A program made the translations under genes and the position numbers. Positions 63,338 to 64,000 of a stretch of 64,000 bases of DNA are shown here, piece after piece. This DNA comes from Candidatus Iainarchaeum sp. (lineage in GTDB: Archaea; Iainarchaeota; Iainarchaeia; Iainarchaeales; JACQJH01), in contig JACQJH010000001.1 in assembly GCA_016205145.1 (NCBI GenBank), positions 195,501 through 259,500 of the forward strand, written 5' to 3'. Under the pieces are notes generated by a model, which did not search any database, had not been told where the DNA came from, and saw only the letters and a program-made list of their open reading frames with translations. Numbering within the stretch: position 1 is the stretch's first letter; every line of letters starts with the position of its first letter.

Positions 63338-64000
63338 TTATTCGCGGAACAGTATGAATGCGATTACCGCGAAGAGCGCGGGCAATAGCAGCAGGTTTGT
63401 TTCGGGAATGTTGGTTGCGCTTGTCCGCTTTGACACGCTGAAATAGGCTTCCCTTGAATCGTTGTTCGGATTGGAGTTTGCCGGTGGCGCAAGAGGGTCA
63501 ACTGGCACTATGCTTTTGAGTGTTATTTGCACTTTATAACTGTCTTTGTTTGCAGCAAGTCCCCCCGGCGGATTGTATGAATAGCTGCCGATTGTCAGTT
63601 CAGATTGGTTGGCCGGAACGTTTGAGAATGCGAGCAGGCCCGTGGCACTAATGCTGCCAACCGGCGTTGCCGATGGGCCGGGCGTGAAGGTTCCGCCGGT
63701 TAACGGGGTTCCACTGGTGTCAAAAAATTTGTATTCGGTTTGGAGGTTCACCGGCCCGGAATTGTTATTGTACACGCTGAGTTTTACTGTTATTGGATTG
63801 CCTTCAAAAATGCTTGGCGCCTTCACGTCAATCAGTGCGACGTCGTTGGCGCTGACTGGAACGCAGTGGCCGAGATTGACGCACACGTACAATTCGCTTA
63901 GGGTCAGCTTGCACGTTCCGTTGTCGCAGTGGAAGTTTATTTCGCAGTCCGCGGAGCTTGTGCAGCTTGCCGCGTTTCCTGTGCCGGGCGCCTTTCCGCC
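63338..64000 (-). CDS. Secreted beta-rich surface protein with C-terminal TM anchor, 5'-truncated by window end
   Basis: The ORF stays open through 63892 to the window edge. It is G/T/S/P/N-rich, predicted beta-rich, and ends in the hydrophobic anchor LLLLPALFAVIAFILFRE, which resembles archaeal C-terminal sorting signals. Confidence 0.5.
   Translation of the reverse strand, partial: GGKAPGTGNAASCTSSADCEINFHCDNGTCKLTLSELYVCVNLGHCVPVSANDVALIDVKAPSIFEGNPITVKLSVYNNNSGPVNLQTEYKFFDTSGTPLTGGTFTPGPSATPVGSISATGLLAFSNVPANQSELTIGSYSYNPPGGLAANKDSYKVQITLKSIVPVDPLAPPANSNPNNDSREAYFSVSKRTSATNIPETNLLLLPALFAVIAFILFRE

Overview
This window looks like archaeal chromosome, probably from a DPANN-like or other small-genome archaeon. 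The evidence is the split rpoA (A'/A'') and rpoB (B''/B') genes, intron-bearing tRNAs with BHB-type introns, archaeal TATA motifs, and an H+-PPase. GC is about 50-55 percent and coding density is high, mostly on the minus strand.

Gene content, in order along the window:
- **Transcription operon (minus strand):** the conserved archaeal cluster rpoH-rpoB''-rpoB'-rpoA'-rpoA''-L30e-NusA, with NusA running off the left edge.
- **8.6-31 kb, accessory-like stretch:** MscS channel, a HEPN/MNT pair, a HicB/HicA pair, TspO, an EamA transporter, an SdpI-like membrane protein, an ABC-2 exporter next to a large secreted CARDB protein, an ArsR regulator, a PLP cystathionine synthase/lyase, a geranylgeranyl reductase, and a Q/G/P-rich Cys-rich secreted protein.
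- **31-52 kb:** a DEAD-box helicase, a Fic protein, a PAP2 phosphatase, the H+-PPase hppA, a free-standing LAGLIDADG endonuclease, a U32 peptidase, asd, rpiA, an orphan radical-SAM/SPASM protein, a fumarase/aspartase-family lyase, and a 2H-phosphoesterase/metallophosphatase fusion.
- **52-62 kb, histidine cluster (minus strand):** hisS, then further upstream along the strand a near-complete his operon: hisG, a hisA-hisI fusion, hisF, hisH, hisB, hisC and a hisD-HAD phosphatase fusion. No hisE is visible. A tRNA-His gene sits 66 bp upstream of hisD.

The most unusual content is non-coding.
- **tRNA genes:** I can fold ten by eye, all on the minus strand. Four of them (His, Glu, Asp, Cys) carry introns of 34-164 nt. 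The Glu gene has two, one of them in the D-loop. The His intron is four tandem 36-nt palindromic repeats.
- **Hairpin-cassette family:** most of the tRNAs are followed by a repeated, modular family of GC-rich hairpin cassettes. Their flanks are conserved and their stems show compensatory changes. Free-standing copies also occur in intergenic regions.
- **Nested module B:** a second, roughly 55-nt two-hairpin module B is found nested inside the loops of the first family's hairpins. This looks like either a MITE-like mobile element or a structured RNA family.

I saw no rRNA and no CRISPR array. All identifications come from reading the sequence and the translated ORFs by eye. No database search was run.
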